The position numbers and the translations under genes are program-made. From a virus (taxonomy: Duplodnaviria > Heunggongvirae > Uroviricota > Caudoviricetes): a DNA stretch of 27,163 nucleotides. Shown piece after piece: positions 24,783-27,163 of the stretch (the first letter of the stretch is position 1; each line of letters starts with the position of its first letter). The stretch lies in IMG/VR virus record IMGVR_UViG_2531839527_000008; one strand, 5' to 3'. Under the pieces are notes generated by a model, which saw nothing but the letters and a program-made list of their open reading frames with translations, did not search any database and was not told the DNA's origin.

Positions 24783-25383
24783 CCGGCTATTACCCGTTGG
24801 CTCGTCGCCGCTGGAGGTTGCCGCCGCTGCCGCGCTCTCTGAGATTCAGCGTGTGCCGGTACCGCTGCGCACTCTGTGGAACTGGCGCACCTGCCCGGTA
24901 AAACTGCTGCCGTATCTGGCGTGGGCGCTGTCGGTCGACAGGTGGGATGAGAAATGGCCGGAGGCGACAAAGCGTAGCGTCTGCGCGTCCTCGTTTTTCG
25001 TCCATCAGCACAAAGGCACCATTAGCGCATTGCGTCGGGTGGTTGAGCCGCTCGGCTTTCTGATTGAAGTGCGCGAGTGGTGGCAGCTCAACGAGGAGCC
25101 AGGCACATTCCGCCTCGTTGTCGGCGTGCTCGATAGCGGCATTACTGACGAAATGTATCAGGAGCTTGAGCGCCTGATTGAAGACGCCAAACCGGCAAGT
25201 CGCCACCTGACCGGGCTGGCTATCAGTCTGAGCTCGACCGGCGAACTGTATGTCGGCGCGGGATGCTATCACGGCGACGCGCTGACTGTTTACCCCTACA
25301 CCCCCGAGGAGATTGTCGTCGGCGGTGAATATTACCCGGCCTCGGCCATCCATTTGATTGATAACCTGAGAGTGAACGCATGA
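24775..25383 (+). CDS. I: baseplate/tail protein I (P2 gpI family)
   Basis: 202 aa; overlaps J stop and H start. Confidence 0.82.
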   Translation: MNDRLLPVGSSPLEVAAAAALSEIQRVPVPLRTLWNWRTCPVKLLPYLAWALSVDRWDEKWPEATKRSVCASSFFVHQHKGTISALRRVVEPLGFLIEVREWWQLNEEPGTFRLVVGVLDSGITDEMYQELERLIEDAKPASRHLTGLAISLSSTGELYVGAGCYHGDALTVYPYTPEEIVVGGEYYPASAIHLIDNLRVNA

Positions 25384-26336
25384 CCGCAAAATATTTTGCC
25401 ATTCTGACCAATCAGGGCGCGGCGCGGCTGGCGAACGCGGCGGCACTCGGTACCAAACTCAACCTGACGCAGATGGCCGTCGGTGATGCGAATGGTACGT
25501 TGCCGACCCCTGACCCGGCGCAGACGAAGCTCATTAACCAGAAACGCATCGCGCCGCTGAACCTGCTGACCGTTGACCCGGCCAATACCAGTCAGATTAT
25601 CGCGGAACAGATTATTCCCGAGAATGAAGGTGGTTTCTGGATCCGCGAGATTGGTCTCTATGACGATGATGGTATTCTGATTGCCGTGGCGAACTGTCCG
25701 GAGACCTACAAGCCACAACTGCAGGAGGGAAGCGGTCGCACGCAGACCATTCGCATGATTCTGATTGTGTCGAGCACATCGGCAATCACCCTGAAAATCG
25801 ACCCGGCAGTCGTGCTGGCAACGCGCCAGTATGTCGACGACAAGATTATCGAGGTGAAAGGATATGCTGATGACCTGATGAAAAAACATGTTGAGGCCGC
25901 CAATCCACACAAGCAGTACCCGTTAATCGCTAATGCTCTGAAAGAAATGGTTGACGCGGGACTGGCCGGCGACGTTCTTAAAAACCTTGGTTTGGGGGAA
26001 TTGGCTCTGGCTGGCGCAACAACCGGCGCTATGTTGGTGAATGGGTATGTAGCAATTCCATTAATTATTTCTGGCGTTCGGAGACCACTTATTATCCAGT
26101 GGGGAGTGGGGCAGTTTGGGGGAAGTCTGGGGGATGATGCGGGATATTTAAACAATTTCCCTTTCGCTTTTCCGTCGGCGTGCTACGTGATGGTTGCCAG
26201 CCACGTGGGGCATACACCTTCGGGTGCCGGAATACTATCTGCTTCCGCAATCACAAAAAGCGGCTTTCGTGGTTTTTCCAGCGTAGCGACTGCCGCAAAT
26301 CCTGTATCGGGCTGTTATGTTGCTATAGGAGGGTGA
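25380..26336 (+). CDS. H: tail fibre protein (P2 gpH-like conserved N-terminal domain plus short variable C-terminal domain)
   Basis: 318 aa; N-terminal MTAKYFAILTNQGAARLANAAALGTKLNLTQMAVGDANG typical of P2-type H; C-terminal part begins at the crossover site. Confidence 0.8.
   Translation: MTAKYFAILTNQGAARLANAAALGTKLNLTQMAVGDANGTLPTPDPAQTKLINQKRIAPLNLLTVDPANTSQIIAEQIIPENEGGFWIREIGLYDDDGILIAVANCPETYKPQLQEGSGRTQTIRMILIVSSTSAITLKIDPAVVLATRQYVDDKIIEVKGYADDLMKKHVEAANPHKQYPLIANALKEMVDAGLAGDVLKNLGLGELALAGATTGAMLVNGYVAIPLIISGVRRPLIIQWGVGQFGGSLGDDAGYLNNFPFAFPSACYVMVASHVGHTPSGAGILSASAITKSGFRGFSSVATAANPVSGCYVAIGG
25975..26000. promoter_or_regulatory. Hin/Gin/Cin/Pin-type DNA-invertase crossover site within the tail-fibre gene
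   Basis: TTCTTAAAAACC-TT-GGTTTGGGGGAA: 26-bp site with 12-bp imperfect inverted half-sites, close to remembered hixL TTCTTGAAAACCAAGGTTTTTGATAA. Confidence 0.55.
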
Positions 26337-26337
26337 T

Positions 26338-26772
26338 GTGTTTTTTAGTCCATCTTTAAATATTTTTGTGAATCCTGCGCTTAAGGATGACTACATCAAT
26401 GTAAATTCATGGCCAGATGATGCTGTTGAAGTTGATGAGCAGGTGTATATTGAGTTTTCCGGATTACCGCCGAAAGGAAAAATCCGTATCGCTGGGGAAA
26501 ATGGTTTTCCTGCATGGTCTGAAATTCCACCACCAACGCATGAGGAACAGATTGCCGCAGCCGAATTGAAAAAACAGCAATTGATTAATCAGTCCAACGA
26601 ATATATGAATACCAAGCAATGGCCTGGTAAAGCGGCTATTGGTCGTCTGAAAGGTGAGGAACTGGCGCAATATAATTTGTGGCTGGATTATCTGGACGCA
26701 CTGGAACTGGTTGATACCTCCAGTGCTCCAGATATTGAATGGCCTACGCCTCCGGCAGTTCAGGCCAGATGA
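26338..26772 (+). CDS. tail fibre assembly (chaperone) protein
   Basis: GTG start 5 nt after AGGAGGG; C-terminal LWLDYLDALELVD...APDIEWPTPP motif typical of Tfa/gpG/U proteins. Confidence 0.72.
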   Translation: MFFSPSLNIFVNPALKDDYINVNSWPDDAVEVDEQVYIEFSGLPPKGKIRIAGENGFPAWSEIPPPTHEEQIAAAELKKQQLINQSNEYMNTKQWPGKAAIGRLKGEELAQYNLWLDYLDALELVDTSSAPDIEWPTPPAVQAR

Positions 26773-27163
26773 TATCCGGCGCGGTGCTCGTAACTGTTGC
26801 CGTCACCGCGTCAATGTAATCAAGCACGGCGTTAAGCCGGGTGGTTTCTGCCTGCGTCAGCTTCCGCCCGGCCTGTAATTTCAGCTGAATCAGACTGATG
26901 GAAGCCATTGCAGCATCAATCAGTGACTGGCGCTGTGCTTCTGCCGCTTCTACTGCGGCACCGTGTTGTGCCTCAGTATCTGTCACCCATTTCTCACCAT
27001 CCCATTTATCATATGGCGTTAACGGTGAAAGCGTGACATAACCGTTTTTGATGGCACCGATATAATCCACTGTAACAGCAGCACCATTTTCGATTGAGTA
27101 AACAGTCTCATTGCGATGGTCTTCTTCATGGCTCCATCCCTTACCTGTAAATACTGCCACTCT
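26744..27163 (-). CDS. second tail fibre assembly protein on the opposite strand (alternative Tfa of an invertible segment), 5' end beyond window
   Basis: C-terminus LNAVLDYIDAVTATVTSTAPDIIWPELPEA parallels the + strand Tfa; convergent and overlapping with it at 26744..26772. Confidence 0.6.
   Translation of the reverse strand, partial: RVAVFTGKGWSHEEDHRNETVYSIENGAAVTVDYIGAIKNGYVTLSPLTPYDKWDGEKWVTDTEAQHGAAVEAAEAQRQSLIDAAMASISLIQLKLQAGRKLTQAETTRLNAVLDYIDAVTATVTSTAPDIIWPELPEA

Larger units (their letters stand above)
2228..27163. mobile_element. P2/186-family prophage, left end and most of body; right end lies beyond window
   Basis: Contiguous synteny int-cI-switch-early genes-A-cos-Q-P-O-N-M-L-X-Y-K-lysBC-R-S-V-W-J-I-H typical of P2-like phages. 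Confidence 0.9.

Noticed and set aside
24790-25910. Minus-strand ORFs of 218 and 192 aa
   Set aside because: Antisense to tail genes I and H.
1-27163. CRISPR arrays, tRNA or rRNA genes
   Set aside because: No regular short direct-repeat/spacer array and no cloverleaf-like or rRNA-like segments were evident on reading the sequence; the integration site appears to be a protein-gene 3' end rather than a tRNA.

Overview
The window opens in E. coli-type chromosome and from about 2.23 kb runs into a P2/186-family temperate prophage that continues past the window end. Host part: the left end of an IS1 element (1..320, minus strand) inserted into yfiR, leaving only a 3' fragment (321..423), then intact dgcN/yfiN (GGDEF diguanylate cyclase), yfiB (OmpA-like lipoprotein), a hairpin terminator and the last four codons plus stop of rplS (2213..2227, minus). 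Prophage part, in order: an AT-rich cargo ORF with an Rx4H (HEPN-like) motif; integrase; a small secreted protein; a 186-CI-like repressor with a duplicated N-terminal HTH domain; the switch region; early genes (cox/apl-like, CII-family, small ORFs, TraR-like zinc finger, replication protein A); a LexA box ahead of a tum/DinI-like SOS module; two 69-bp repeat elements; an intrinsic terminator; cos; an AT-rich HExxH cargo gene; then the morphogenetic and lysis genes Q, P, O, N, M, L, X, Y, K, lysB/lysC, R, S; an AT-rich membrane pentapeptide-repeat cargo gene at the S-V junction; V, W, J, I; and a short tail-fibre gene H carrying a Hin/Gin-type crossover site, followed by convergent tail-fibre assembly genes. 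No rRNA, tRNA or CRISPR array was seen. The best candidates for an undescribed function (probably anti-phage defence or exclusion) are the three AT-rich cargo genes at 2590..3399, 11902..12906 and 21859..22734. All protein-family calls rest on reading the supplied translations against remembered family sequences and motifs; no database search was run.
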